A stretch of DNA of 64,000 bases, taken from assembly GCA_963825135.1 (NCBI GenBank), contig CAWGRW010000009.1, positions 1,152,001-1,216,000 of the forward strand, written 5' to 3'. The translations under genes were made by a program, and so were the position numbers. Below the pieces are notes generated by a model. That model was not told the origin of the DNA, made no database searches, and worked only from the letters and a program-made list of their open reading frames with translations. Below, piece after piece: positions 21,943 through 33,113 of the stretch. The stretch comes from an uncultured bacterium (GTDB taxonomy: Bacteria; Desulfobacterota_D; UBA1144; Nemesobacterales; UBA2774). Within the stretch, counting starts at the first letter, position 1. The number at the start of each line of letters is the position of its first letter.

Positions 21943-22123
21943 CCCTTTAAACGTCTCCGCTCTATGGTTAAATAGCTCTGATGGAAAGCTTGGGGGACGA
22001 AAGGTTTCCTGAAAAAAGTAATAATAAGGGGAGAGTGCGGATACTTTTTAGTGAATACCCACTAGCGTCTGATGATTATGTATGATAAGATTGTTTGTTA
22101 AGGGTCTATAGAAATTGTAAATA

Positions 22124-22208
22124 GCCGAAGTGGCGGAACTTGGTAGACGCGCTGGATTCAGGATCCAGTGGGTGCAAGCTCGTGGGGGTTCAAATCCCCC
22201 CTTCGGCA
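22124..22208 (+). tRNA. tRNA-Leu(CAG), CCA not encoded
   Basis: GCCGAAG/CTTCGGC acceptor stem; CTGGA-TTCAGGA-TCCAG anticodon arm; long variable arm; GGGGG-TTCAAAT-CCCCC T arm. Confidence 0.97.
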
Positions 22209-22228
22209 TGGACTGTAACGTACTCGGC

Positions 22229-23023
22229 ATGAGAGAGCTTAAACCGAAATTGATGATTGCTAACTCGGGAAGAAGAAGGCGCGGCCTCGGCGGCGGGTTC
22301 TGGACTTTTCTGACATTTCTCATTGTATTCCTCGTAGGCGTCTACGTGGGAACAAAGGTCGACGATATGTATTCAGCCGGGGAGCGGCCCTCGCAGGCGA
22401 AAAAGGAGAGCCCGGCGGTTAAGAACACCGTAAGGTATGAAACGGATACCGAACCGATAATCGATAAGAGCGAGATTACTGCCGGCAGCGCGGATACCAC
22501 GGATAATGGAGAGGCCGTGTTATCGGAGGATAATAAGATTTCCCGGGAGATGATCGCAGCTGAACCCAGATTGTCTGTAACCGCTCCCGGTGAGGATGCT
22601 AAAACGGACCCCGGGCTGACTTCGATCGATCCCGCGCAGATGTCGGGAGAGGCGGCAGCTGTCGATAATGCGGCTCCGGTCAAGCTTGAAACCCCTGCTC
22701 CGGACCAGGTAAAGGCGGATGAGACCAAAGCTGGAAAAGCGCCAAAAAAGGGATACACGCTCCAGGTAGGGGCATTCGCGAATAAAGCGGATGCGGAGAA
22801 AGCCGTAAATGAATATCGCGGTAAAGGATTCGGCGCGTATACCGTCGAGGTGGAAAATTCAAAGGGCGAGAAGTGGAACCTTGTCAAAATAGGCAAATAC
22901 GGCACTATCGAGCAGGCCTGGAACCAATCAGCTATCTTTAAGAAGAGTGTCGGAAAGGAAGCATACGTCGAATCCCTCGGGAGCAAGACGGTGTTCAACG
23001 AATCTTGGGGTAAAAATGAATAG
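22229..23023 (+). CDS. Membrane-anchored SPOR domain protein (FtsN/DedD-like)
   Basis: N-terminal TM segment, low-complexity linker and YTLQVGAFANKADA...VKIGKY SPOR motif; ATG at 22229, just after the tRNA. Confidence 0.85.
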   Translation: MRELKPKLMIANSGRRRRGLGGGFWTFLTFLIVFLVGVYVGTKVDDMYSAGERPSQAKKESPAVKNTVRYETDTEPIIDKSEITAGSADTTDNGEAVLSEDNKISREMIAAEPRLSVTAPGEDAKTDPGLTSIDPAQMSGEAAAVDNAAPVKLETPAPDQVKADETKAGKAPKKGYTLQVGAFANKADAEKAVNEYRGKGFGAYTVEVENSKGEKWNLVKIGKYGTIEQAWNQSAIFKKSVGKEAYVESLGSKTVFNESWGKNE

Positions 23024-23118
23024 TCAATGTGCCGGTTTTATGTATAAAACTAAATACGATATTTTGTTAGCTTCTGCGTATTAGGATTCCGGCTGTTTCA
23101 TGTTATCCTCTTAGATTA

Positions 23119-23196
23119 TTGCATAATATATGCAACATGCGTAATTTTGCATATGCGAAGAATTTGCTTGACAATAAACCCCTCGAACCGTATATT
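23119..23196 (+). promoter_or_regulatory. sigma70 promoter with an upstream inverted repeat
   Basis: TTGACA (23168-23173), 17 bp, TATATT (23191-23196); perfect 7-3-7 IR TTGCATA-ATA-TATGCAA at 23119-23135. Confidence 0.65.
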
Positions 23197-23272
23197 AATA
23201 TAGTTGAGGAGCTGTCGGCTTTAAAAAGCAATACAATTCACAATATTTTACTTATCCAGGAAGGGTGTGAGA

Positions 23273-24472
23273 ATGAAATCGGCAAAATTCAGAGAGGTTG
23301 AGCACGCAGCTCCGGAAATAGAAGCCATAGAAAACTATAACGATCAGGAAGAAGAATCATTTTCATCTCTGGGCTTTAGGGACGATGCTATCATCGAGAG
23401 CGAAGAGTCGGACTTCGGCTTTGAGCTCGAGGACAATACCGTTGTCGAAGACCAGGAGCCTGAAGAATGGACCCCGGACGAACAGTTCAGGCTTCTTTAC
23501 GTTTATTTCAAGGATATGGCCGTTGAATCCCTCCTGACCGCGAAAGAGGAAATAGAGGTTTCCGCCCAGATTAAGAAATGCGAATCGAAGTCAAGAGAGC
23601 TCACGTTCAATATTCAAAAGTTGTCTAAGAAGAAAGAAGCCTTCACGGTCAGGAAAACGAACGGGAAACCCGTGATTACCGAAAAGGATCTCACCAAGAG
23701 GATAGAGAGTCTTCTGGCGTTCGTAAAGGTATATTCCGAGCGGGCTTGCGAGCTCAAGGAAAGGTTCGTCAAAGCTAACCTCAGGCTCGTCGTAAGCATA
23801 TCGAAAAGGTACATGGGGCGCGGACTCCCTCTGACGGATCTTATACAGGAAGGCAATGTAGGCCTCATGAGGGCGGTCGAGAGGTTCGACCATACAAAGG
23901 GTTATAAATTTTCGACCTATGCCTCCTGGTGGATACATCAGGCGATCTCTCGGGCCCTTCTCGATCAGACGAGAACCATCAGGGTCCCTGTCTACGTGCT
24001 GGAGCAGGCAAGCAAGGTTTACAGGATAAGCTCCATGCTCCATAAGGAGCTTGGAAGAAAGCCTCTGCCCGATGAGGTAGCTGAAGTTGCCGGCATATCG
24101 GTCGAGGGAGTAAAGAGGATTCTCGAGTCTACGAACGATGCCGCGCGGCTCGATACCCCGATACTGGACGGGGAGAAAACCACTCTGCTCGATTTTATCT
24201 CCGACGACAACTCTCCCGCGCCGGACTCGGTCATGGCTAATACTGCGCTGACCCATGAGATCAGGGATGCGCTTAATATTCTTACTTCGAGAGAAGAAGA
24301 GATAATTAGGCTCAGGTTCGGGATCGATCAGGACTCCACGTACACCCTTGACGAGATCGGCAGAAGGTTCGATCTTACGCGCGAGAGGATTCGGCAGATA
24401 GAGAAAAGGGCCCTCGAGAAGCTGGCCACTTCCGAAATGGGTGAGATTCTCAGAAGCTTTCTTGCCCGTTAA
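23273..24472 (+). CDS. RpoD/SigA-like group 1/2 sigma-70 factor with a short acidic N-terminus
   Basis: ANLRLVVSISKRY, DLIQEGNVGLMRAVERFD, KFSTYASWWI and TRERIRQIEKRALEKL. Confidence 0.92.
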   Translation: MKSAKFREVEHAAPEIEAIENYNDQEEESFSSLGFRDDAIIESEESDFGFELEDNTVVEDQEPEEWTPDEQFRLLYVYFKDMAVESLLTAKEEIEVSAQIKKCESKSRELTFNIQKLSKKKEAFTVRKTNGKPVITEKDLTKRIESLLAFVKVYSERACELKERFVKANLRLVVSISKRYMGRGLPLTDLIQEGNVGLMRAVERFDHTKGYKFSTYASWWIHQAISRALLDQTRTIRVPVYVLEQASKVYRISSMLHKELGRKPLPDEVAEVAGISVEGVKRILESTNDAARLDTPILDGEKTTLLDFISDDNSPAPDSVMANTALTHEIRDALNILTSREEEIIRLRFGIDQDSTYTLDEIGRRFDLTRERIRQIEKRALEKLATSEMGEILRSFLAR

Positions 24473-24617
24473 TTCCCGCTATCGCTGCCGCGTGTATCAT
24501 TCCCTGCAATTGCAACGCTCACAGGCGGAGGTCTATCCGCCCTCAAACCCGCCCGCTTCGAGAGTTCTGTGCAGGACCATTGTTATTACGCCACATGTAG
24601 TATAATTTCACATTGAA

Positions 24618-25487
24618 ATGAGCGCCCTCCCTCCAGTAATCATCATCGGAATGAGTCGTTCAGGCACAAGCATGCTCACACGCATGCTCGGCAATCTCGG
24701 GCTCTTCGTCGGGAGCAGGGTTACGAATAACCACGAGGCCTTGTTCTTCCGGGACTTGAACGACTGGCTTCTGACTCAGTGCAGCGGGGGTCTCGAAAAC
24801 CCGGGCGTGATTAAGCACCTGCTCCAGGACCGGGAAGCCAGGTCTCTGTTCGGCGATTTTATGAAATATGTTATGAAGACGCCGCGCGCTATCTCATACC
24901 TGGGGTTAGGGAAATATATCCGCTACGGGACGCCCGCGGGGCTCGATATCCCCTGGGGCTGGAAGGACCCACGAAATACATTCACCCTGCCATTCTGGCT
25001 CGACATTTTCCCCGGGGCGAAAGTAATCCATATTTATCGCCACCCGCTCGACATAATAAACAGCCTAAGGACGCGGAGGGCGAAGGGGCTCCTGCGGCTC
25101 AAGGATAAACACGCCGCATACAGACCCGTTTACTGGTATTACCTGATGCGGAAGTTCATAGGGGGCAGACGGGTGTTCGTGGATTTGAGGGGCGCCTCCC
25201 TCGACGAGGGGTTTATCCTGTGGGAGGAATATATGACAGAAGCGCGCGGGCACGTGGAGATGCTCGGGGAGAATGCCGTTGAAATCAAATATGAATATTT
25301 TCTCGAAAATCCCGGCGATGTCTTGAACACTCTGGCCGATTTTTGCGGTCTCGGAGCCGGTAAGAGCGAGATTGAAAAAGCCGCGGCCGAGGTTAACAAA
25401 TCCAGGGGTTTTGCTTTTCTTAACGACCCGGAGCTCAAGTCCTATTCCGTTGATATAGCCGGCCGCCTTGAGAGATACGGATACTGA
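24618..25487 (+). CDS. Sulfotransferase family protein
   Basis: IIIGMSRSGTSML PAPS-binding loop, WGWKDPR, IHIYRHP and IKYE. Confidence 0.85.
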   Translation: MSALPPVIIIGMSRSGTSMLTRMLGNLGLFVGSRVTNNHEALFFRDLNDWLLTQCSGGLENPGVIKHLLQDREARSLFGDFMKYVMKTPRAISYLGLGKYIRYGTPAGLDIPWGWKDPRNTFTLPFWLDIFPGAKVIHIYRHPLDIINSLRTRRAKGLLRLKDKHAAYRPVYWYYLMRKFIGGRRVFVDLRGASLDEGFILWEEYMTEARGHVEMLGENAVEIKYEYFLENPGDVLNTLADFCGLGAGKSEIEKAAAEVNKSRGFAFLNDPELKSYSVDIAGRLERYGY

Positions 25488-25550
25488 CCGGGGGCTGGTG
25501 CTAAACACCTTAGAGTATTTCTCATACCCGCGCCTGCGGCGCCGCCCAAG

Positions 25551-25934
25551 TCACTTCTTTAGTAGTTCCGCGAACCTCATGGCCAGGAGAACGTTTCCCG
25601 AGAGTTTTATCTTTCCCGTGAGGAGCGCGCTTTCGGGGGGCAGCTTGCCGGTGAATAGGTCGATAAAATGCACATCCAGGATATGGATCGTACACTCCGC
25701 ATCCTCGTCAGCTTCCCTTACGCCCAGGGTTTCTTCCCGCAGGTCTATGATCCACGTCCCCCCCTCGGGGCCGTTGATCAAGAACTTATAGACAGCGCCT
25801 ATCGCGATGAATTCGGCGGGCTTTTCTCTCAGCTTTCTTTCCACACGTTCAAATATCTCTATTGTCCTGGACACAGAGCTTTTACTCCCGGAAGGATGAG
25901 AAACCATTTTACCATCTATGCCTTTATATTCCAA
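25551..25934 (-). CDS. SCP2 sterol/lipid-binding domain protein
   Basis: GGTWIIDL and LFTGKLPPESALLTGKIKLSGNVLLAMRF. Confidence 0.85.
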   Translation of the reverse strand: MEYKGIDGKMVSHPSGSKSSVSRTIEIFERVERKLREKPAEFIAIGAVYKFLINGPEGGTWIIDLREETLGVREADEDAECTIHILDVHFIDLFTGKLPPESALLTGKIKLSGNVLLAMRFAELLKK

Positions 25935-26006
25935 AGTCGGCGCCGAGAATTGACGGTTCCTATTTAACTATTTACAATTCTTATGGAATTTTAAGGGGGC
26001 ATCAAT

Positions 26007-27920
26007 TTGGGCATAGAATATCCTGTGAATTGCGATGTGATCGTTATAGGGGCCGGGCACGCCGGATGCGAAGCCGCTCTCGCTGCGTCCAGAATGGGGT
26101 GCCGCACCCTGGTTCTGACCGCTAATATCGATACCATCGGGCTTATGTCGTGCAATCCCTCTATCGGAGGAGTCGGTAAGGGGCACCTCGTAAAGGAGAT
26201 CGACGCCCTGGGCGGAGAAATGGGGAAAGCCGCTGATTACGCGGCCATTCAGTTCAGACGGCTGAATACCCGAAAGGGGGCCGCTGTCCAGGCGACAAGG
26301 ATCCAGGCAGACAGGCAGGCATACAGAGCATATATGAAAAGCGCGCTCGAGGCCCGGAAGAACCTGGACATCAAACAGAGGATGGCTGAAGGCCTCCTCG
26401 TCGCAAACGGCGGGGTGGTCGGGGTGAAAACGACGCTCGGCGAGCATTTCTACTCCGATGCGGTCGTAGTAACGCCGGGGACGTTTCCGAACGGGCTGAT
26501 ACACATCGGGACTACAAAGATTTCCTCGGGGCGGGCGGGGGAGGCCGCGGCGATCGGCATCTCGGATTCATTCGGAAGCCTCGGGTTTAAGGTGGGCAGG
26601 CTCAAGACGGGGACACCTCCCAGGCTTGACGGCAGAACCATTAAGTGGGAGATGCTCGAGCCTCAGCACGGGGACGAGAATCCCATACCCTTTTCTTTCT
26701 CCGGCGGTTCTATAACGAGGGAGCAGATGCCCTGCTATATCACATACACGAATGAAAACACGCACCGCGTGATAATGGAGAACCTCCACAAGTCTCCGCT
26801 CTACTCGGGGGAGATAAAGGGGGTCGGGCCCAGGTACTGCCCCTCGATTGAGGACAAGGTGGTCAAGTTCCGCGATAAGGACAGGCACCAGATATTTCTC
26901 GAACCCGAGGGCGCCAATACTTATGAAATCTATCCGAACGGTATCTCCACGAGCCTTCCTCTCGAAGTCCAGTATGAGCTCGTGAGGACCATCGACGGGC
27001 TCTCTGACGCCGAAATCATGAGGCCGGGCTACGCGGTCGAATACGATTTCGTCGATCCCGTCCAGTTAAAGCCCACGCTCGAGACAAAGATTGTCGATAA
27101 CCTCTACTTCGCGGGACAGATAAACGGCACTACCGGGTATGAGGAAGCGGGGAGTCAGGGGCTCATAGCGGGCATAAACGCGGCGCTGCGCGTAAAGGGG
27201 GAAGAGCCGCTCGTTCTTGACCGCTCCGAATCGTACATCGGCATCATGATCGACGACCTTGTGACAAAAGGCGTCGACGAGCCTTACAGGATGTTCACCT
27301 CGAGGGCCGAATACCGCCTCCTGCTGAGAGAGGATAACGCCGACGTCAGGCTCGGCGAAAAAGGGTTCAGGATCGGATTATTAAGCGAGGAAATGTACGT
27401 GAAGTCTCGGATAAAGCAGAACGCTATCGTTGATGAGCTCCGGAGGCTCGAGAATATTAAGGTCATGCCGAGCGCGGGAGTCAACGAAATGTTGTCGAGA
27501 CTCGGTTCCTCCCCGCTGAAAAAGCCGCAGTCGCTTAAGGAGATTTTGAGAAGACCTGAAATCACCTGCGGCGAGCTGGAATTGGTCAGCGGCGGTGAAT
27601 ACACGCGCCCTGTAAATGATGAATACGTAATACAGATTGAAATGGAAGTTAAATACGAAGGGTATATCAAAAGACAGTTCGAGCAGATCGATAGATTCAA
27701 GAAACTCGAAAACATGACTATACCGCTTGATTTCTCTTACGACAGCATCCCCGGATTGTCAAAAGAGATAGTGCAAAAACTGTCAAAGGTGCGTCCCGGG
27801 TCTTTGGGGCAGGCCGGCAGGATCTCCGGAATCACTCCTGCCGCTATTTCTGTGCTTATGGTTTATTTAAGAAAGGGTGAATTTGAAAAACGAGCCGGCT
27901 TTCATTCTTTTTCTTCCTGA
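26007..27920 (+). CDS. mnmG: tRNA uridine 5-carboxymethylaminomethyl modification enzyme MnmG (GidA)
   Basis: VIGAGHAGCEAA, MSCNPSIGG, GPRYCPSIEDK, AGQINGTTGYEEA and EPYRMFTSRAEYRL; TTG start. Confidence 0.97.
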   Translation: MGIEYPVNCDVIVIGAGHAGCEAALAASRMGCRTLVLTANIDTIGLMSCNPSIGGVGKGHLVKEIDALGGEMGKAADYAAIQFRRLNTRKGAAVQATRIQADRQAYRAYMKSALEARKNLDIKQRMAEGLLVANGGVVGVKTTLGEHFYSDAVVVTPGTFPNGLIHIGTTKISSGRAGEAAAIGISDSFGSLGFKVGRLKTGTPPRLDGRTIKWEMLEPQHGDENPIPFSFSGGSITREQMPCYITYTNENTHRVIMENLHKSPLYSGEIKGVGPRYCPSIEDKVVKFRDKDRHQIFLEPEGANTYEIYPNGISTSLPLEVQYELVRTIDGLSDAEIMRPGYAVEYDFVDPVQLKPTLETKIVDNLYFAGQINGTTGYEEAGSQGLIAGINAALRVKGEEPLVLDRSESYIGIMIDDLVTKGVDEPYRMFTSRAEYRLLLREDNADVRLGEKGFRIGLLSEEMYVKSRIKQNAIVDELRRLENIKVMPSAGVNEMLSRLGSSPLKKPQSLKEILRRPEITCGELELVSGGEYTRPVNDEYVIQIEMEVKYEGYIKRQFEQIDRFKKLENMTIPLDFSYDSIPGLSKEIVQKLSKVRPGSLGQAGRISGITPAAISVLMVYLRKGEFEKRAGFHSFSS

Positions 27921-28078
27921 TCTTCATCTTCTTCAGATTCCGCCAGCTCCTGCTCGAGCAGTTCCATCATATCCTCATAATCCCCGCCTATGTAGCCGGA
28001 GTTTTCCGGGTCTTCGAGCATGTCAACGAGGTCTTTTATTTTTCTTTTACCTCTTTTACTAACTTTCTTTTCTTCCAT
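27902..28078 (-). CDS. Small acidic hypothetical protein
   Basis: GAGGTG RBS ahead of the ATG at 28078; K-rich N-terminus and E/D-rich C-terminus. Confidence 0.5.
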   Translation of the reverse strand: MEEKKVSKRGKRKIKDLVDMLEDPENSGYIGGDYEDMMELLEQELAESEEDEDQEEKE

Positions 28079-28312
28079 CGCTTTCACCTCACTTTAATAA
28101 ACTCATGTAATATTTTAACACATACTCCTTTCGACAATTAAAGCTCGAAAAGAAATTACGCCGGACAACGATCGTTATTCAAGAGAAAATAAAATTATAA
28201 GACCGCACGACTGAAAAGCAACTTTTGTTTTCTGTAAATTGTTCATAATCGGAAATAGAATATCAATCATGTTTTCATTGCGGCGAAATATTGTGATAAG
28301 CGATCATATTAT

Positions 28313-30508
28313 CTATTTAGCGAGAAGCTCGAGCGCTTTATGCAAATCCGTCGTCGGAAGGTTACAGATATAGTTTAAACAAACATATGCGGTCGCTTTC
28401 CCGTCGATTGAAGACTGCCCCCTGGTAAATTCCGCTACGTCCGTGATGCCGGATTCGCTGCCGGCACCTTTGAACAGGAGCACTTTATTCGGGTTGAACT
28501 GCTTTCTGAGCGCGTCCAGCATTTCTTTCGTGTCCGGCGACCTCGCGTCCCCCACTACCACTACTTCATATGACGGGCCTATCGCGAAATCGAGACTCGA
28601 AAGGAGCTGCGTATAAGCCATCGGAGCCCCCTCCACCGTGTGCGAAAACGCTCTCGCGAGCCTCGCGGCCATATCGTCATAGGACGTGTTTCCCGTTATC
28701 CTTCCGATCTTGAGAAGGTTCAGCATCGCGACCGAGTTGCCGGAGGGTATCGCGCCGTCATAAACCTCTTTCTGACGCGATATCAGTTCTTCCGCCCCAT
28801 GTGATGTGAAATAGAAGCCGCCGTTCTTCTCGTCCCAGAATAGTTCCGTCATATCGGTTTGAAGGTCGAGCGCGGCCTTCAGATATTTGAAGTCGAATGT
28901 GGCTTCGTACAGCTCAAGCAAGCCCCAGATAAAAAAAGAATAGTCGTCGACGCTCCCCCCTATCCCCGCTTCACCGTCCCTCCAGCGGTGCAGCAGACGC
29001 CCTTTGCCGTCCCTCATTTTGTCAAGCACGAAGTCCGCGGCGCGCCTCGCAGCATCGCTGTAGAGGGGCTCGCTGAAGACGCCTGAGCCTCGTGAGAGGG
29101 CCGCGATCATCAATCCGTTCCAGTCTGTCAGAACCTTATCGTCCTTATGCGGGTGCACCCTCTTTTCCCTTTCCTCGAAAAGCTTCTTCCTCGACTCTTC
29201 TATTCTGTCCCCGAACGCCTTAGCGCTCATTCCGAACGACTGCGCAAGCTCTTGCACAGGTTTCTTGAGATAGAGAATATTCGAGCCGGTTTTTTCCCCG
29301 GATGCCTCTTCGCTGAAGTTCCCGGATTTATCCACGTTATACGCTTTCATTATCAGCTCTGCGTCTTCCTTTCCCAAGACCGCAATTATTTCTTCGGCGG
29401 ACCATGCATAGAACTTACCCTCTACGCCTTCACTGTCCGCGTCTTCCGCTGAATAGAATCCTCCTTCGGGCGCCGTCATGTCCCTCATTACGTATGCGAA
29501 GACCTCCCGCGCCGTTTCCTCATACTGTTTTTTACCTGTGGCCTGATAGGCTTCCGTGTAAACCAGGGCGAGCATCGCCTGGTCGTACAGCATTTTTTCG
29601 AAGTGGGGAAGAAACCATCTGGGGTCAGTCGAATAGCGGTGGAATCCGAATCCGACGTGATCGTAGATACCGCCTTTCCGCATCGCGCCGAGGGTCGTCT
29701 CCACCATGGAAAGCGCCTGCCCGTCGCCTGTCCGTTTCCAGTACCGGAGGAGGAAAAGGAGGTTGTGGGCGGTCGGGAATTTGGGCGCCGTCCCGAACCC
29801 TCCGTTCGTCTCGTCGAATCTGCCCAGGAGCTGGTTGTAGCCGGCCGTCAGCGTCGCCGGACCGAGGTCGTTTCCCGCGGAGTCCTGCGACAGGTCGGTT
29901 GCTTGCTTCACCGCCGAAGTGATGCTGTCCGCGGACTTCAGAACTTCATCCCTCTGTTTTTCCCATACCTCCCTTATCCTGGGTACGAGCTCGACCATGC
30001 CTATACGACCGAACCGCGTTTCTTTCGGGAGATAGGTCCCCGCGAAGAACGGCTTCTTGTCGGGTGTCATGATAATATTCAGAGGCCATCCGCACCCGCC
30101 TTTGGAGAGGAGCTGACATACCGTCATGTATACGTTGTCTATGTCGGGCCTCTCTTCCCGGTCGACCTTGATCGAGACGAAAGACTCGTTCATCAGTTTT
30201 GCAACTTCCGGGTCCTCGAACGATTCGTGCTCCATCACATGGCACCAGTGACAGGTCGAGTATCCGATGGAAAGGAAAATCGGCTTGTCCTCGCGGGCGG
30301 CCTTTTCAAACGCTTCTTGTCCCCACGGGTACCAGTCGACGGGGTTGTCGGCGTGCTGGAGCAGGTATGGGCTCTTTTCGTTCTTGAGTCTATTTCGGCC
30401 GGTCATGGGTTCGGTTTTCTTAGCATTAGCCGATATGGTCAATCCGGGGCAGACGGCTGATGTGGAAAGTAGAGCCGTAACTATAAATGCGACTGCGGCG
30501 TAGCTCAA
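28313..30508 (-). CDS. Thioredoxin-domain YyaL/SSP411 (DUF255) family protein
   Basis: [54 protein letters not shown] and [11 protein letters not shown]. Start uncertain. Confidence 0.92.
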   Translation of the reverse strand: MSYAAVAFIVTALLSTSAVCPGLTISANAKKTEPMTGRNRLKNEKSPYLLQHADNPVDWYPWGQEAFEKAAREDKPIFLSIGYSTCHWCHVMEHESFEDPEVAKLMNESFVSIKVDREERPDIDNVYMTVCQLLSKGGCGWPLNIIMTPDKKPFFAGTYLPKETRFGRIGMVELVPRIREVWEKQRDEVLKSADSITSAVKQATDLSQDSAGNDLGPATLTAGYNQLLGRFDETNGGFGTAPKFPTAHNLLFLLRYWKRTGDGQALSMVETTLGAMRKGGIYDHVGFGFHRYSTDPRWFLPHFEKMLYDQAMLALVYTEAYQATGKKQYEETAREVFAYVMRDMTAPEGGFYSAEDADSEGVEGKFYAWSAEEIIAVLGKEDAELIMKAYNVDKSGNFSEEASGEKTGSNILYLKKPVQELAQSFGMSAKAFGDRIEESRKKLFEEREKRVHPHKDDKVLTDWNGLMIAALSRGSGVFSEPLYSDAARRAADFVLDKMRDGKGRLLHRWRDGEAGIGGSVDDYSFFIWGLLELYEATFDFKYLKAALDLQTDMTELFWDEKNGGFYFTSHGAEELISRQKEVYDGAIPSGNSVAMLNLLKIGRITGNTSYDDMAARLARAFSHTVEGAPMAYTQLLSSLDFAIGPSYEVVVVGDARSPDTKEMLDALRKQFNPNKVLLFKGAGSESGITDVAEFTRGQSSIDGKATAYVCLNYICNLPTTDLHKALELLAK

Positions 30509-30692
30509 TATCGGATTCTTTGCTATCCCTATCGTCGTTCTCTCGCTGCATTATATTCTCATAACTGTATTTTACTGAGTTTACTGCCTGCCGTTATATT
30601 TACAAGTCGATACGTGGGACCGGAGAACCTCCTCTGGGGCCCGAAATATTCATAGCATGCTTTGTTGGTTATAATTGAGGTACGGACCGGAT

Positions 30693-32409
30693 ATGCAGAT
30701 ACTGGATGACAAGTACTCGAAGATCGTGCTCGAGGAGAAGCTGCTCCTTCAATCCCTCCTTGCCGAGATAAAGGAGCTCTCGGACACAGAGCTTGAGAAC
30801 AGGTTAAATTCAGTCCGCGAGAGCCTGGACAATCTATTCTCCCTGGTCTTTATAGGGGAGTTCAGCACGGGCAAATCGTCCATTATCAACGCCCTTCTGG
30901 GGCAGGACATCCTCCCGAAAGGCATTACGCCTACGACGGGCGAGATAACCGTGATAAAGCACGGTGAGCTCGACGCTGAGAAAGTTGAAAACGGGTGCCG
31001 GGTCATCTCGGTTCCCCAGGACAGACTGAAGGGGCTATTCATCGTCGATACCCCGGGCACCAACGTTACGATAGAGCAGCACGAGCGGCTTACTCAGGAT
31101 TATATTCCGAAGGCGGACATCGTGTTTTTTACGATCGGGGCCGAACGCGCCGTAACCGGAAGCGAAGCCAAGCTGATCAAATTTATTAAAGAGAGCTGGT
31201 TAAAAAATATTGTTTTCCTTTTGAACAAAATAGACATCGCGAAGGACGACGACGAGCTCAATTCACTGATACGCCACGCCGAAGGAGAGCTCGAACGTTC
31301 GTTCGGAATAAAACCGCACCTGATACCCGTTTCCGCGAAATTCGCCTGTGAGGGCAGGGCCGCTTCCGATGGGGACTTTATTCGCGAGAAGCGGTTTCGA
31401 AGGGCTTGAGAAATACATATTCAGCACTCTGAGCGAAGAAGAGCGTATAAAGATGAAGATCCGGGCGACCTCGGAATTCGCCGTCAGCCTTTGCGCGGAA
31501 ACGGAAAGAGCGCTCGACGGACACATCAACAGGATTTCAGAAGATATGCAGAGGCTCGGGGAATTCGAGAAGAAGCTCGACGCGATGAAGGATGAGATTG
31601 TGGAGAATTCCTCTCAATTTACCGAAAGGATAAGGAGCAGGCTCCTCGAATTTAAGACGAGGGGGATAGAGTATATAGACGAGCTGATAAGGTTCACAAA
31701 TATCTTCAAGCTAATGAGCAAACAGAAGATCGCGAAGGAGTTCGAGTACAGGGTTTCCCGTCAGACGGTGTCCGAGCTCGAAAAGGACCTGGACGCGATG
31801 GTCATGTGGACGGAAAAGTCTGCGCGGACACTGCTTGACAGCACGATCGAGTTTTATAACAAATCGATAAGGGCCGAGTCCTCGAACGTCACTACCGGCT
31901 TTATATACGACAGGACGAGGCTCGTGGATACCGTGAGGAGCGAGCTCGAAACGAAGAGAAAAGCGATAGACCCCGCAACCCTGGGCGGCAACCTCGTCGA
32001 TTCCGCGAGAGGGGCGGTGGCCTCGGTGCTGGGCGTTCAGGTGGGTTCCCTCGCAATAGGGGCCGCGGTCGTATCCGCTTTTTCGTCGCTGCTTGTCGAT
32101 ATCACCGGTATCCTGGCGACCGTCGCCGTTATGGCGACTGCATTTGCCATTCTCCCCAAAAAGAGGAGGGACGCCGTGAAGGAATTCAGCGGCAAGGTCG
32201 ACGCGCTCATTGAAGAGATGATATCGGGGGTGAGCTCCCAGCTGGAGAGAGACTTCAGCGGGATTAAAATTCAGGTGAACGACTCCCTTTCGCCGCTAAG
32301 GAATTTCTATAAGATGGAGAAGCAAAAGTTGTCCGAGTCCAGCATCAGGGTAAATGAGATCAAGTCTAAATTCAGCGAAATAAACGAGAAGGCGATATTG
32401 AAGAGTTAG
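30693..32409 (+). CDS. Bacterial dynamin-like protein, split by an extra T near 31378
   Basis: GEFSTGKS, PTT, DTPG and NKID GTPase motifs. The second ORF supplies the helical stalk and hydrophobic hairpin; the joined reading is ...GDLFARSGFEGLE. Confidence 0.85.
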
Positions 32410-32437
32410 ATCGCCCATGCCGTATCGACTAGCGGAA

Positions 32438-32857
32438 TCATGATCCGAAATCGCTCGTCCCGGAGATAGCTGAATAGATTTCGTTGATTTCTTCCCTTCG
32501 GCCGGAAACTTCGATCCCCATATACCATTTCTCGGAATTCGAGTGATAGAGCCACCTGATGGTACCCTCGAACCTTATTGTCTTCTCTCCGGCGAATAGG
32601 ATCCCCTCTATTTTAAAATTAGGGGGGAAACCCTTAGTCCCTTCCATTCCGATACCGTGCTCTGAAATGTTAAAGGTGACGCCTTGAAAAAACAGGTTCT
32701 CATCTCCCCTCCCGGTTTTTCCGTTCAGGAGTCCGTACTTAAGTTTTTGATAGTACGGGAGCCTCGTCGAGCGCCTCAATACACTTGTCGAGGCCTCGGG
32801 ACCTGCTGTAAGCTCGCCCAGCTTGATTACCTTGTTATGGGAATGACCGTTTTCCAC
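32438..32857 (-). CDS. PilZ domain protein
   Basis: RRSTR (RxxxR) and NISEHG (D/NxSxxG) c-di-GMP-binding motifs. Confidence 0.8.
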   Translation of the reverse strand: MENGHSHNKVIKLGELTAGPEASTSVLRRSTRLPYYQKLKYGLLNGKTGRGDENLFFQGVTFNISEHGIGMEGTKGFPPNFKIEGILFAGEKTIRFEGTIRWLYHSNSEKWYMGIEVSGRREEINEIYSAISGTSDFGS

Positions 32858-33062
32858 CTGTAAATGTTAAATGGGACCCGGTCATATTACAATTAGACTT
32901 TAGTTAGTAATTGACATAAGACTTTCGTCCGGTTCGGGCAGTGAGAGTATATAGCTGACCTCTCATAAAATAATACGTAGCGGGGTATGATATGTCTTAA
33001 TCGAACTTATGTCCCCCATCCTGCCGTCATTCTAATCGTTAATTCCTTTCGCCGAAACGATA

Positions 33063-33092
33063 AGGGCGCTCGAGACTTTCTCCGAGCGCCCT
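33063..33092. terminator. Hairpin downstream of the fasciclin gene
   Basis: agggcgctcg-N10-cgagcgccct perfect 10-bp stem. Confidence 0.65.
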
Positions 33093-33113
33093 GTTATTTA
33101 TGACGGTATCGGT

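Noticed and set aside
22130..22228. N-terminal extension of the SPOR ORF in the ORF track
   Set aside because: It reads through tRNA-Leu; the real start is more likely the ATG at 22229.
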